Shown here: positions 37,840 through 47,840 of the stretch, piece after piece
How the letters are laid out: every line of letters starts with the position of its first letter
Position numbering within the stretch: position 1 is the stretch's first letter
Assembly: GCA_963845355.1 (NCBI GenBank)
Contig: CAWJRV010000028.1
Span: 1,427-65,426, forward strand
Length of the DNA stretch: 64,000 nt
Reading direction: 5' to 3'
Source of the DNA: an uncultured Actinomycetes bacterium
GTDB taxonomy: Bacteria; Actinomycetota; Thermoleophilia; UBA2241
Made by a program: the position numbers and the translations under genes
The notes under the pieces: generated by a model
The model's database searches: none
Seen by the model: the letters and a program-made list of their open reading frames with translations, nothing else
What the model was told of the DNA's origin: nothing

Positions 37840-40390
37840 CTGGGAAGCCTTCCACGAGCCCAGCGCAGCGTCCCAGTACGCCTACCGACGCGCCCAGCTA
37901 CAGCACTTCATAGACGACTACCGCATGAGTGACCCGGCCGCCATCAGCGCTCGCATCAAGTTCATCGAGGACCGCTTGGCTGGCAAGACCACGGGTACTG
38001 CTGTGGCTCAGACGGAACTTGCTCCGGTAGGCGGCCACCTGTCTGCCGACGACGCGGCCGCCCTCAAGGCCCTGCGCGCCAAGCGCAACTCTGCCGTTAA
38101 GTCTCTGCGCTCCGCCACCGGGACCGTGCCGACCCCGCTCACCGAGACGCAGCTCGCACACCTTGCCGACTGGAATCACAACGAGATGACCGCAGCCATC
38201 TTCAACTCCTCGGACGCGATGAAGGAGTGGACTCTCAAACAGGAGAAGTGGGGCGCGCTGCACTGGAACACGGTCAACAACGGCTTCCGCAAGATGGCCC
38301 TGTTCCGCGTCGGCACGCAGATCAACATGAACACCGCCGACGAGGGCTTCATGGCGCTCATCGACGGCACGATTCCCGTGCGCGCCCTGAAGGACTACAA
38401 GAAGGCCCTGACCAAGCAGGAGATATCCGCCATCGACTCTGCCGGTCCCGAGTTCCAGGCCCAGATCGCCGCCATGAACCTCTCGCCGCACCGCATCTGG
38501 GATGCCGTCAAGCCGGGGGAGAAGGGCTTTTCAGACTGGGCAACCAAGCGCCTCTCGACGTTCTCCGTTCCCTCGTCCAAAGTCTGCTCTGACTGGTATG
38601 ACGGCTACCTCGAAAGCCTCGCCAAGCTCTCCAAGAACGGCACCGTGAAGATCACGGGCCAGATGTCAGACGAAGCCTGCGTTGCGGCCACCAAGCGGCT
38701 CGCTACCATGGCCCGCAGCGACCCCTGGTATCGGGACTTCCTCACCGAGACCGGGGTCGTTCCGCGCGACTACTACATCCGCGCCATCGGCGCAGACAAC
38801 ATCGACGAGTGGGCCACGGCCGTCGACCAGCAGGCACGGCCGATGATGCGCAACGGCGTCGCCCGGCGCCACTTCTCTCAAGGGGTGCGGTCGGTCAAGG
38901 AGGGCGAACTCGACGACGTGAAGGTGCAGCAGGCGTATGGCCCGGTGCCGCGCGAGACCCACACGGCCGGCGTCACAAACGCCACCAGCCCGACGAGCAA
39001 GGTGTTCGACTCGGCCACGGGCAAGATGTTCGAGGTCTCGAACATCATGTCGCAAGCCACGCGCGCTCAACAGTTCTGGCGCTACTACAGCAACGAACTC
39101 GCTTTCCTCAAGAGGAGCTTCCCGGCGCTCGGCGAAGACGAGATGATCCCCATCGCCCGCACCAAGGCATACAACGCGATGAAGAGCGTGGCCTACTTCA
39201 ACAACCGCACGCTCACCGAAGAGGCCCTGCACAACGTCGTCTGGTTCTTGCCCAGTTACCGACAGTTCTTCGCGCGCTGGATTCCCTTCATCGGCAAGAA
39301 CTTCTTCAAGATGTGGGCCATCGCCAACGCCGGTTCGCAACTGGCGAAGCTGCGCGTGCCCAACTCCGTGCCCATGATCGGCGGCAACACCGCCTTCGAC
39401 CTCGCGGCCTTCGGCACGTTCTTCAAGCCCTACTTCTCGCACGACATGACGACCTATCAGCGCATCCGCCAGATGGCTCCCCCGCTAGCCGGCTCGCTCA
39501 GCAGCATCGCCGAGAGCGGAGCGCTTGTCGGCAACCTCCTTGGCGCGACCGCTCCCGAGACGTTCTACGAGAAGATAAGCGGCGGCTTCAAGGCAGGACA
39601 GGGCGCGAGCGGGCTGCCCGGCATGGGCCAGCTCGCTGGGCCGCTCGACTCGCTCATCTACGCGAGCACCGGCCTCGGCTCTCACGGTGTTCTCGGCGTC
39701 GGCCCAGACACCCCCGCGCAGGTGCAGAAGGCCCATCAGCGCGTCGCTCTCGTCACGTACGCCATGATCGACCAGGCACTCGCCTCCAACGGCCGCTCCG
39801 TCGACCAGAAGAAGGCCGTGGACCAAGTGCGCTTGCAGTCGGGAGCCTTTGCCGCCACCAAGGAAGTCTCGCCGCTCACGAGTTCGCAGGTGTTGCCCCG
39901 CAAGACCTACACGGTGACGCCCTACGTCGTGACGAAGAACAAGAACGGTACCTACGCCGTCACTCCTGGGTCCAAGCAGAAGGTGACGATAGACCTCCAG
40001 CAGATGCGTGACGCCGCCTACGAACTGATGAGCGCGCCCGCCTCGCAGGCGGGAGCCGTCCTCAAGAAGTACCCAGAGTATGCCAAGGTACAGAAGGCGT
40101 GGACGCTGACCGGCGACGCGCGCATGGCCTTCCTCGCCCAAAACCCCGAGGTCATCCCATTCGTCAGCCGCCGTACTGAGGCCAACCCCAACACCACCGG
40201 AACGCCGACTGCCTTCTACGTTGAGGGCCAACGCACCGACATGACGCCGCAGCAGCTCCAGTCCTCCATCCAGCAGACCTACCGCGACGTGCAGAAGTGG
40301 GTGCTGTCCCAAAACTACGCGTCCCAACTGGCGGTCGTGAAGTCGCAGTTCGCCAAGGCCATGACCGCCAAGTACGGCAAGGGCTACTGA
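37700..40390 (+). CDS. Giant island protein, segment 2 (+1 frame relative to segment 1)
   Basis: The protein sense continues across frames: ...STAERDIYGTK | (R)AKTRVSAVQKALSAAQKADTPESKLAVV.... The remaining ~890 codons are uninterrupted. Confidence 0.6.
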   Translation, partial: TEPRRAKTRVSAVQKALSAAQKADTPESKLAVVSRAIDKIDMTHVTDWEAFHEPSAASQYAYRRAQLQHFIDDYRMSDPAAISARIKFIEDRLAGKTTGTAVAQTELAPVGGHLSADDAAALKALRAKRNSAVKSLRSATGTVPTPLTETQLAHLADWNHNEMTAAIFNSSDAMKEWTLKQEKWGALHWNTVNNGFRKMALFRVGTQINMNTADEGFMALIDGTIPVRALKDYKKALTKQEISAIDSAGPEFQAQIAAMNLSPHRIWDAVKPGEKGFSDWATKRLSTFSVPSSKVCSDWYDGYLESLAKLSKNGTVKITGQMSDEACVAATKRLATMARSDPWYRDFLTETGVVPRDYYIRAIGADNIDEWATAVDQQARPMMRNGVARRHFSQGVRSVKEGELDDVKVQQAYGPVPRETHTAGVTNATSPTSKVFDSATGKMFEVSNIMSQATRAQQFWRYYSNELAFLKRSFPALGEDEMIPIARTKAYNAMKSVAYFNNRTLTEEALHNVVWFLPSYRQFFARWIPFIGKNFFKMWAIANAGSQLAKLRVPNSVPMIGGNTAFDLAAFGTFFKPYFSHDMTTYQRIRQMAPPLAGSLSSIAESGALVGNLLGATAPETFYEKISGGFKAGQGASGLPGMGQLAGPLDSLIYASTGLGSHGVLGVGPDTPAQVQKAHQRVALVTYAMIDQALASNGRSVDQKKAVDQVRLQSGAFAATKEVSPLTSSQVLPRKTYTVTPYVVTKNKNGTYAVTPGSKQKVTIDLQQMRDAAYELMSAPASQAGAVLKKYPEYAKVQKAWTLTGDARMAFLAQNPEVIPFVSRRTEANPNTTGTPTAFYVEGQRTDMTPQQLQSSIQQTYRDVQKWVLSQNYASQLAVVKSQFAKAMTAKYGKGY

Positions 40391-40869
40391 AGAACAAGGA
40401 GTATCTGGCGCTCGACGCCAAGACCGCGCTGCCGGCGCTCGTCGCCCAACTCAACAACCGCTTCGGGCACGCCAACCACGACGCCATCGCCTTCTCTCTG
40501 GCCAGCGGGAAAGACCCGTTCGCCGTCACCGACAAGTGGATCACGCCGGAGATTCAGTCCTCGATCAAGGTGCCCAACTGGGTCAACCGTATCAACGTGC
40601 AGACCAGCGGCACGCTGTCGACGGCTTCCTATCACGACATGGTGTCGGCCTTCGAGAACGGCGGCGCGGCGACGCGGGCCGACCTGCGCGCCTCGTCGGT
40701 GTGGCCCGAGTTTCTGGCGCGCTACCGCACAGACCAGGACAACGCCGCCGACAGCGCCATCGGCTACGCCCTCACGGCCGCAACGACCGGGCTGACGCCC
40801 GATCAGCGCACGATGGTAGGGATGCCCCAGGGTCACCCGCAGAGATGGATGTCATCGGGGGCTATCTGA
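40385..40869 (+). CDS. Giant island protein, segment 3 (or separate gene lacking an obvious start)
   Basis: ...AKAMTAKYGKG | LLKNKEYLALDAKTALPALVAQLNNRFGH.... The only in-frame start (GTG 40297) would overlap segment 2 by 94 nt. Confidence 0.45.
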
Positions 40870-41915
40870 ACCGCTCCCAGCAGTGGCACGACCAGCTCGC
40901 CAAACTGCCGTTGTTCTCAAAGGCATGGATCGCGGCCTACTCCGCCGAAAAGCGCGACCTCGCGACGTTCCGCACCGACAACAAGGTGCCGGCGCTCTCG
41001 ATGGATGCCGCCACCCTGCTCTCCCGTCTCGGGCTGGACAAGGAGCGCAACTGGGGCGGCCTCACCCCGCAAGAGCAGAAGATCGCCGACTACTGGAACA
41101 AGCAGACCATCAACGTCAAGATCACCGGCACTACCATCGACATGAACGGCTCGGCCGACCTCAAGCAAGTCCTCAAGATGGGCTCCCAGTTGCAGGGCGA
41201 AGCCAAGCAGCAGTGGCTCGAAAACCTGCGCGCCTTCTGGTGGAAGGGCGTCCTGCAAGTCGGCGAAGCCTGCCGCAAGTCGCTCGCTGCCACCTACGGC
41301 AAGTGGGGCTCGAAGGCCGGCGTCTACACGCCCGCCAACAAGTCCGGGGCCATCCTCGCCTACGCCGCCACCTTCGCCGGTACGCCTTACCTGTGGGGCG
41401 GCAAGACGCCCGCAGCGGGGTTTGACTGCTCGGGATACACGGCCTACGTGTACTCACACTTCGGCATCGACATCGGTAGCGGCACGCAGAACCAACAGCA
41501 CGCCGGGATGCCGGTATCGACCCAGCCGAAGGCGTGGCAGCCGGGCGACCTCATCTTCTACAACACCCACGACGGCCAGCCCTCGCCCTCGCATGTGGCC
41601 ATCTACGCCGGCAACGGCCTCATCTGGCAGGCGCCGCACACCGGAGCGAGCGTCGAGAAGGTCTCGTGGACTGAGCCCGGAACTGATGTCGTCGCGGTGC
41701 GCCGCGTCCTGCTCGGCAAGAGCGGCGGCCCCATTCAGGGCGAGAGTCTGACCTCCAACGACGGCAAGGCGATGCTGGCCAGCTTCGAGACCTTCTGCGG
41801 CCAGCTCGCCCAGCTCGACGTGCGGGTGGGCGGCGGACAGTTCGCCGACGAGTGGAAACGCTACAACACAAAGCACAACATCGCACGCGCCATCATCGAC
41901 CCGAGTAGGTTCTAG
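40845..41915 (+). CDS. NlpC/P60 (C40) cell-wall peptidase domain protein
   Basis: GTPYLWGGKTPAAGFDCSGYTAYVYSHFGI (Cys nucleophile), PSHVAIYAGNGLIWQAPHTG (His residues). ATG 40845 overlaps the preceding frame by 25 nt. Confidence 0.8.
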   Translation: MDVIGGYLNRSQQWHDQLAKLPLFSKAWIAAYSAEKRDLATFRTDNKVPALSMDAATLLSRLGLDKERNWGGLTPQEQKIADYWNKQTINVKITGTTIDMNGSADLKQVLKMGSQLQGEAKQQWLENLRAFWWKGVLQVGEACRKSLAATYGKWGSKAGVYTPANKSGAILAYAATFAGTPYLWGGKTPAAGFDCSGYTAYVYSHFGIDIGSGTQNQQHAGMPVSTQPKAWQPGDLIFYNTHDGQPSPSHVAIYAGNGLIWQAPHTGASVEKVSWTEPGTDVVAVRRVLLGKSGGPIQGESLTSNDGKAMLASFETFCGQLAQLDVRVGGGQFADEWKRYNTKHNIARAIIDPSRF

Positions 41916-41971
41916 TTGAACCGACCACAGAGCATGAACGAGGAGGTCAGCATGACTGAGGAATCCGACTA

Positions 41972-42834
41972 ATGGGCTGGAGCGTATCGACCGGCAAGCC
42001 GCCGGCCAAGAAGAAGCCGCCCAAGACGGGCGCAGCACGTTGAGTGGCACGAGTAGCGGGTCTGGCGCGAAGTCGACCAGCACGGGAGTGAAGTCGTATT
42101 CGTCCACCGTCTACGCCGACTACCTCAAGGAGATCGGCATCAACCCTGGCGCGCAGGGCGCGTGCGGCGGCGATCAAGTGGGCCATTGGAGCGCGGCCGA
42201 CAGCTCGATGTTCCTGCGCTACGTCAAGCAGACAATGCCCGGCCAGCTACCTTAAGACGAGCCTCGGCAAGAGTGACATCCGCAACTTCTTGGGTCAGTG
42301 GCGCTTGTACTCCACGGGCAAGCCATCGAAGGGCGACATGCTGAACTTCACGAGGGGCAACTGGACGGCATGGCAGATGGGCGAGTTCGTCCGTACGACT
42401 CCCTCTGGAAGACCTACCAGGCAGAGGGCATCGGCAACGCCACGCAGCAGTTGCAGGCCAACCCGAGCGAATTCTCGGCCTACGCCCAGCAGTTCGGCAA
42501 CATCCTCAAGAGCTACGGCGTGCGGCCCGACCAGAAGGGCACCTACAACGGTCAGCTCAAGATGGCCTTCGGCGGTCGCATCACGCCGACGACCTAGCCA
42601 ATAACGCGCAGACCTACTTCGGTGGGCGCGAGTCTTACGGCGATTGGACGGGCGCCGCCCCGACGCAGCAGACTGAGCAATCAGGCGCTCTACGGCGGTC
42701 AGGGTTCGGTCGCCGCCCAGTCGCGCATCGTGCAGGCTTTCAACCAGATCAAGAATTTTCAGCAGACTCCCGGGGCGTCCTTCAGCACCGGCACCACGAA
42801 CACCGGAGCCATTCAGCAATCGAGCGTTTTCTAG
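41972..42834 (+). pseudogene. Hypothetical gene fragmented by ~5 frame switches
   Basis: The sense can be followed across frames: MGWSVSTGKPPAKKKPPKTGAA | SGTSSGSGAK...VKQTMPGQ | SYLKTSLGKSDIRNFLGQWRLYS...WQMGEFV | PYDSLWKTYQAEGIG...FGGRIT | DDLANNAQTYFGGRESYGDWTGAAPTQQT | QALYGGQGSVAAQSRIVQAFNQIKNF... Confidence 0.5.
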
Positions 42835-43014
42835 CCGGAGGGGGGCGCGAGGGGTCGCAGTCGTGCCGAAAAACTACCGATAGCAGTTTCGACAAGGGTA
42901 GACTAACGATTGCGAGGAAGTATTTCAGTCAAGGCTGCAATCCTCCGATTAGTGGTATAAGAAAGCGTCTGGAACGCTCGTGCGATGGAATGCGACACAT
43001 GGACAGAGGGCACC

Positions 43015-43221
43015 ATGACGCATGCACAGACAGAGCGTTTGGCACAAGACATCAGCAAGCATAAGGGCCAGTGGGTTCTCGTTAAGGGAACTCGAGTCGT
43101 TGCTGCTGCGCCAAGCGTCAAAACTGCAATCAACAGCCTCCCCCAGAAAGATCGAAGTAAGGTTCGCGCTCAGTTCTGCCCGAAAGAAGACTACACGGGT
43201 TCGTCTTTTTCCGCGCTCTAG
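43015..43221 (+). CDS. DUF5678-like small protein
   Basis: MTHAQTERLAQDISKHKGQWVLVKGTRVVAAAPSVKTAINSLPQKDRSKVRAQFCPKED. Lies in a lower-GC stretch. Confidence 0.6.
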   Translation: MTHAQTERLAQDISKHKGQWVLVKGTRVVAAAPSVKTAINSLPQKDRSKVRAQFCPKEDYTGSSFSAL

Positions 43222-43585
43222 GTGCGGCTTCCCTCTCTCCGATTCCGACGCCCACCGGCCGCGTGGAAACACGCGTGTCGACGTCGCTTTCCGGGACGAT
43301 CCTGACGGCGTTCCGTACATGGCCCTCGTTGATTCCGGGTCGATACGAACGATCGTGCCAGCATCCGCGCTCGAGGGAATCGACATCGGCGAGCCGCTTG
43401 ACCGCATCGACAGGCTTTGTTTCGCCGTCTGGCAGCTTGACCGCGTTCCGATACATCGCCTCGACATGCGCATCGTCGCGCCGGCGCCGTGGGATGACAT
43501 CGAGCTCCCGGATGTTCCGGTGGCGGTTGCGGATGCCGACTTCCCTTCATCGTCCTTGGGTCCACAGCCCTTACCCACGTGGTAG
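43222..43585 (+). CDS. Retropepsin-like (clan AA) aspartic protease, probably with an early frame disruption
   Basis: PYMALVDSGSIRTIVPASALEGIDIG has the D-S-G active-site context. No in-frame start exists. GTG 43222 follows the upstream stop directly but in the neighbouring frame. Confidence 0.5.
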
Positions 43586-43741
43586 TCCTTCTGCGAGACG
43601 CGGACCAGCGACTTCACCTGAAGTCGACAGAGGCGTTCGCCAGGCCCGGCACCACGCGACGCCACATTCTGATGCGGTGCGGTGCCCGTGACGACGAAGC
43701 CGCTCCTCTGAGCCGGCCCCGCATCCGTGCGGTAGCTGCGC

Positions 43742-44251
43742 TCAGAACCGCGAGACGACGATGGCGGCAACCTCGAAAGCTATCCCCACGACGATGTACT
43801 TGAAGGCCCGCCAGCCCCGACGAAGTGTTCTCTGCGCTCCCTGTTCAGGCTGTCGGCAAGCGCCTTGGAAGCGTCCTCCTCCATTGCGACCATGCCGCCT
43901 CGTAGGTCACGCAAGGACTGCCAGATGGCCTTGATCTTCAGCGTCCGTGTCGGGATAGGAGACACTGAGGGTGAGGCTGGCTGACCCGGTGATGGTCCCG
44001 ATACGCCCCGTGGCTGCCAATCTAATGTTTCGTGGCGGAGCTGGCCTCCGCCATAGCCACGACCAAAGTCTTCTCAGCCACCGCCAGGACGCCGAACACA
44101 TTCGCGTAAGCGCACTCATCAGGCGTGCCCAGAACTGCCGCCCTCGCGACCGGACCGCTGACCACACGCCCTCCTCAATCAACCCGTCGGCAGCGCCGGC
44201 GGTGAGGAAGACGAGGCTAATGATGCTCAGTACGAAGGCGGGCCACGACAT
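43742..44251 (-). pseudogene. Two small membrane-protein ORFs with frame disruptions
   Basis: MSWPAFVLSIISLVFLTAGAADGLIEEGVW | ...GTPDECAYANVFGVLAVAEKTLVVAMAEASSATKH-stop (~44022). Then VSPIPTRTLKIKAIWQSLRDL...NRERREHFVGAG | WRAFKYIVVGIAFEVAAIVVSRF-stop (43742). Confidence 0.4.
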
Positions 44252-44459
44252 GGGCCGAGTGTCTACCAGCCGCAGACAGCGAAAGGGCCGCCCTTGGACG
44301 GCCCCTCGCCGGCGTGCGCCTGGTCACTGTCTCCCCGCGCGTCCGCAGTAGCGTAGCTTCCTGCCGCGCAGCCTAGCGACCATCCGTCTGCCCCAACAAG
44401 GCCGCGTGACCCCATTTCGGTTGACGTTCGCCTCGCACGCCCGCAACCGGCCCACTCGT

Positions 44460-46045
44460 CTACAGCTTGGGGAAGCTGCGGGCTGAGATGACGCGGTCGT
44501 ACTTGCCCGAGCCCATGCCGAGCGTGATGGTCCACTCTGACCCCTGAGTGTATGTGGTGACTGTCGTATACCCCGGAGAGTATGTCGTCGAGGAAGATGA
44601 CGAGGTGGAAAACGCCAGCGGGTCACGCGACCTCACACACTGCAGAGTGGTGAGGAAGTCGCGCGTGTAGCTGTTCCAGTCCTTACCGACGCAGTCCCAG
44701 GCGATATAGCTTCCCTCGGCAACCTTGTTGATCGTGGTCCTGCTTTTCGCTCGGACGTAAAACGCCAGGACTGGGGTGTCCGAACCCCCGGCCGGCGTCA
44801 AGATCACCATCGCATCAATCGCCATTGGGTCCTTGATGACAAGTTTCCCCATCCCGTCGCGCATGTGTCTACGCAGAATGTCTCCGTTGGCTAGCCGAAT
44901 TGGCTTGACCACCATGACCGTCGTCGCAGCGTCACCCGCTCGGAGCTTGCAGAGGCCGGGCGACGCCACTGTGACCGTGTAGGTGAGCGGTAGATTCTGC
45001 CCTGGCGCGACCTCGGCAGGACGCGCGCCGGCCTCTTTGCCGTTGGTCTCAATGGTTCCGGGGAAAGTCGGCGAGACGTCTCCGAGGTTCTTGACCGAGG
45101 CGGTCACGATGATGTCTTCGCCTACCGAAAAGACCCCCGACACGGAATGTGGCAGAGCTTCGCCGACCTCTTCGGTTCGAGCGATTGCCTTGAGTCCGCT
45201 GACATGGAATGTGGCCGGGCGAAGTGCGACCGCGGCAATCTCAGTGCCGCCGAGAATCAGCAGATGATGGCCACGCGACGTACCGCTGGGAACGGGAAGG
45301 TCGACAGACCGCGTCTGCCCAGCCGAGAGAGGCAGCTGCATGTCAGCCTGCTTGATGCCATCGAGGGCATAGGAGCCCGTGTAGGTGCCGGCGAACAGGC
45401 CGTCGTTCTTCACCTTGACGGTCAGCGTTGGCGCAGCACCGAGGATCACGCGCTTGTCGCTGGGGACGACAACCCGGTAGTGGGGCATCCACCACAGCAC
45501 GGCCGCAAAGACGATGGAGGCCGCGAGGAGCGACGCGACGGTCGCCGCAAACCGCTTGCGGGATGTCAACTTGGCCAGACCCCACAAGAGCGACGCGACG
45601 AGTACCGCAGCCAGCAGCGTGAACGCAATGCCGACACCGTTGCGGACCGAGGCTCCCCACCCACGGCGAACCAGACTACGATTGCGAAGACTGCAATCGC
45701 AACCACTGCTCGCCAGACCCAACGCCAGCCGCTAAGGCCACCTCCAGACAACGCTGCTGGCGGTGCGACGAGCGACGGAGGGGTCGCAGCGCCAGTGGGC
45801 GCTGGGCCGCCCTGATGTGGGACTGCATGAGCGGGAGGACGGGGCGCGGCTGCTACCTGGATCACCCACTCAAGCAGACCCTCGCGCGCCCAGTCGACCT
45901 GGCCCAGAGCGTCGTAAGTCAGGACGTCCTGGGCCGTGATGGGGCCATGGCCTTGAAGGATGAACTGGTGGCGGGTCTCGTCGTAGGTGATGGTGCTGCC
46001 CGACCAGCTCGTCGTTTGATTGAAGACCGCGACAAGCAAACTCAT
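44460..46045 (-). CDS. Large membrane protein: cytoplasmic N-domain, Pro-rich linker, TM helices, extracellular Ig/CARDB-like repeats; one frame switch (~45645-45665)
   Basis: The 159-aa ORF (MSLLVAVFNQTTSWSGSTITYDE...AIVVWFAVGG) continues in sense into the 420-aa ORF (GASVRNGVGIAFTLLAAVLVASLLWGL...) across a G-run. Confidence 0.55.
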
Positions 46046-46169
46046 GTTGACCCCCCGGTCGACCAGTCGAGTCTACTACGAATCAAAAGCGGCGAAGAAA
46101 CCAGCAAAGAGGATGGTCCAGGCGGCCACAAAAGCCACCGAACCCCAGACCAACGCTGCGGAGCCGAAG

Positions 46170-46907
46170 CTAGACTGTCCGCGCCTCGACGTAGAGGTCG
46201 TTGCGGAGCAGGTAGCGCACGCGACTCTGGATACCAGCGGCCGCCCCGACGCGTCGTCACGCCGGCATCGTTCAAGCGCTGGCAGATGGTCCGCAGGCTA
46301 AGTCCGTCTTGTGACCACTCTTGAACTTGGGCGACCGTCGCCAGTTCGCCCGCATGAGCCTCCAGGAGCCCGTCTGAGCGCGTGTATCCGTACGGCGTTG
46401 GTCCGTAGGCCCGCAGGTGCTTCTTCTTGTGTGCGAGGGCGGCCGTCGTGCGCTCGCTGATCAGCGCGCGCTCGAACTCGGCAAAGCCGGCCAGCATGGT
46501 CAGCATCATGCGTCCGGTGCTGCCGGCCGTGTCGATCGCCGCGCCGCCCATGTCCACCAGGTGCAGCGCCACGCCGGCGGCGTTCCAGCGCTCGGTAAGG
46601 ATCAGGGCGTCGGCAGCGTTGCGGAATAGTCTGTCAAGCTTGTAGGCGACGACGTGCTGGGCCTTGCCGGCCGCGATCAGCTAAGCAGCTCCGCGCCGCC
46701 GGGCCGCGTGTGAAGGTGCTTGTAGGCGCTCACGCCCTCGTCGCGGATCGTCGCTGCGACCTCGAAGCCGCGCATCGTGCAGTAGGCCCTCAGGCGCTCT
46801 TCTTGGGCTTCGAGGGAGACGCCGTGGCGCGCCTGCTCGTCGGTCGAGACGCGCACGTAGAGCACGGCTCTGTCTGTCGCGGTGATCTTCATCGCGCCCC
46901 CCTTCAC
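46170..46907 (-). pseudogene. Serine recombinase (resolvase domain + start of recombinase domain), two frame switches and truncated
   Basis: MKITATDRAVLYVRVSTDEQ (catalytic Ser) ...GAELL | LIAAGKAQHVVAYKLDRLFRN...GRMMLTMLAGFAEFERALISERT...GGRWYP | SRVRYLLRNDLYVEARTV-stop. No zinc-ribbon or coiled-coil part follows. Confidence 0.7.
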
Positions 46908-47353
46908 AGCACACTCTTGAGGTAGTCATCTAGCACCGATTGCAGGATGAGGCGCTGCTTGCCGGTCGCGTTGCGCAGACAGCGAAGTGTGCCGTCGTCG
47001 CACCAGCGCCGCACGGTCATCGGGCTGACCTCGTAACCTCGCTCGGTGAGATAGGCGGCGGCTTCTGCCGTCCTGAGCGTCTGCTCGTTCGGTGACGAGA
47101 CCCGACTTCTGGACCTCGCCCAGAACTCCTCAAGCGCGCTCACGGGGATGCGCCGATGCTTGTACCCGATGGCGCCGCGCTCCTCGCGGACCCGCTGCAA
47201 GACCTCGGGCGGTGGCACGCAACGCAGCTTGCCTTCCTCGCAGAGCGTCTGGATGGTGCGCAGGTTGATGTCCTTGAGGCCGCGCTCCCTGAGGATCTGA
47301 AGCGCCTCAGTGGTCGTGTAGGGTTTCCTGCTGTTCGGCTTCCTGGCCGCCAC
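46904..47353 (-). CDS. Double excisionase-type HTH protein (possible recombination directionality factor or regulator)
   Basis: Two HTH modules: YTTTEALQILRERGLKDINLRTIQTLCEEGKLRCV and LRTAEAAAYLTERGYEVSPMTVRRWCDDGTLRCL. Its stop overlaps the recombinase GTG as GTGA. Confidence 0.7.
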   Translation of the reverse strand: MAARKPNSRKPYTTTEALQILRERGLKDINLRTIQTLCEEGKLRCVPPPEVLQRVREERGAIGYKHRRIPVSALEEFWARSRSRVSSPNEQTLRTAEAAAYLTERGYEVSPMTVRRWCDDGTLRCLRNATGKQRLILQSVLDDYLKSVL

Positions 47354-47378
47354 GCCCGCACCCCTTCGGTCGGTCTCT

Positions 47379-47417
47379 CTGCTGACAGCAGCATATACCT
47401 CTGCCCGTAACAGTCAA
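47379..47417 (-). promoter_or_regulatory. Sigma-70-like promoter (TTGACT-16 nt-TATGCT) with an overlapping 13-bp palindrome
   Basis: The minus strand reads ggtgTTGACTgttacgggcagaggtaTATGCTgCTGTCAGCAGagag. CTGCTGtCAGCAG overlaps the -10/TSS. AAGGGG ribosome-binding site and GTG 47353 follow. Confidence 0.45.
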
Positions 47418-47840
47418 CACCGTTAGAGTCGGCCAATAGCAGACTCGTCATGAGCGATCCGGCAGGAGTGGACGTCACGTGCGAAAGGCTGCCCCACCCA
47501 GCGCCGCCGCAACCCCCTCCTGCCTCACTGACAGACATAACTGAGGGACAGAGACACAGATGAGGACAGAGAGAAGTCGGTCTGTATACCCTGTGGGGTA
47601 TATGCAGGGAAGATGCAGCGAGGCGCGCGAGCGCCGAGCTGGGGCTCGCAGATTCGCAGGCTGGACTTTGTCCCGGCCGTGCAAAACGCCGTCGCCTACC
47701 TATTGTGAGCTTGCAAACGGTCCAAACTCCCGCTTAGCGACACAGGCTCGGAAGAGTCTTCCCGCACTCTGCCCTGAGCACGAGAAGGCCCCCCGCCGGC
47801 GTGCGACGAGGGGCTTTCGTGCGGAGCGTTGTGTCAGACG

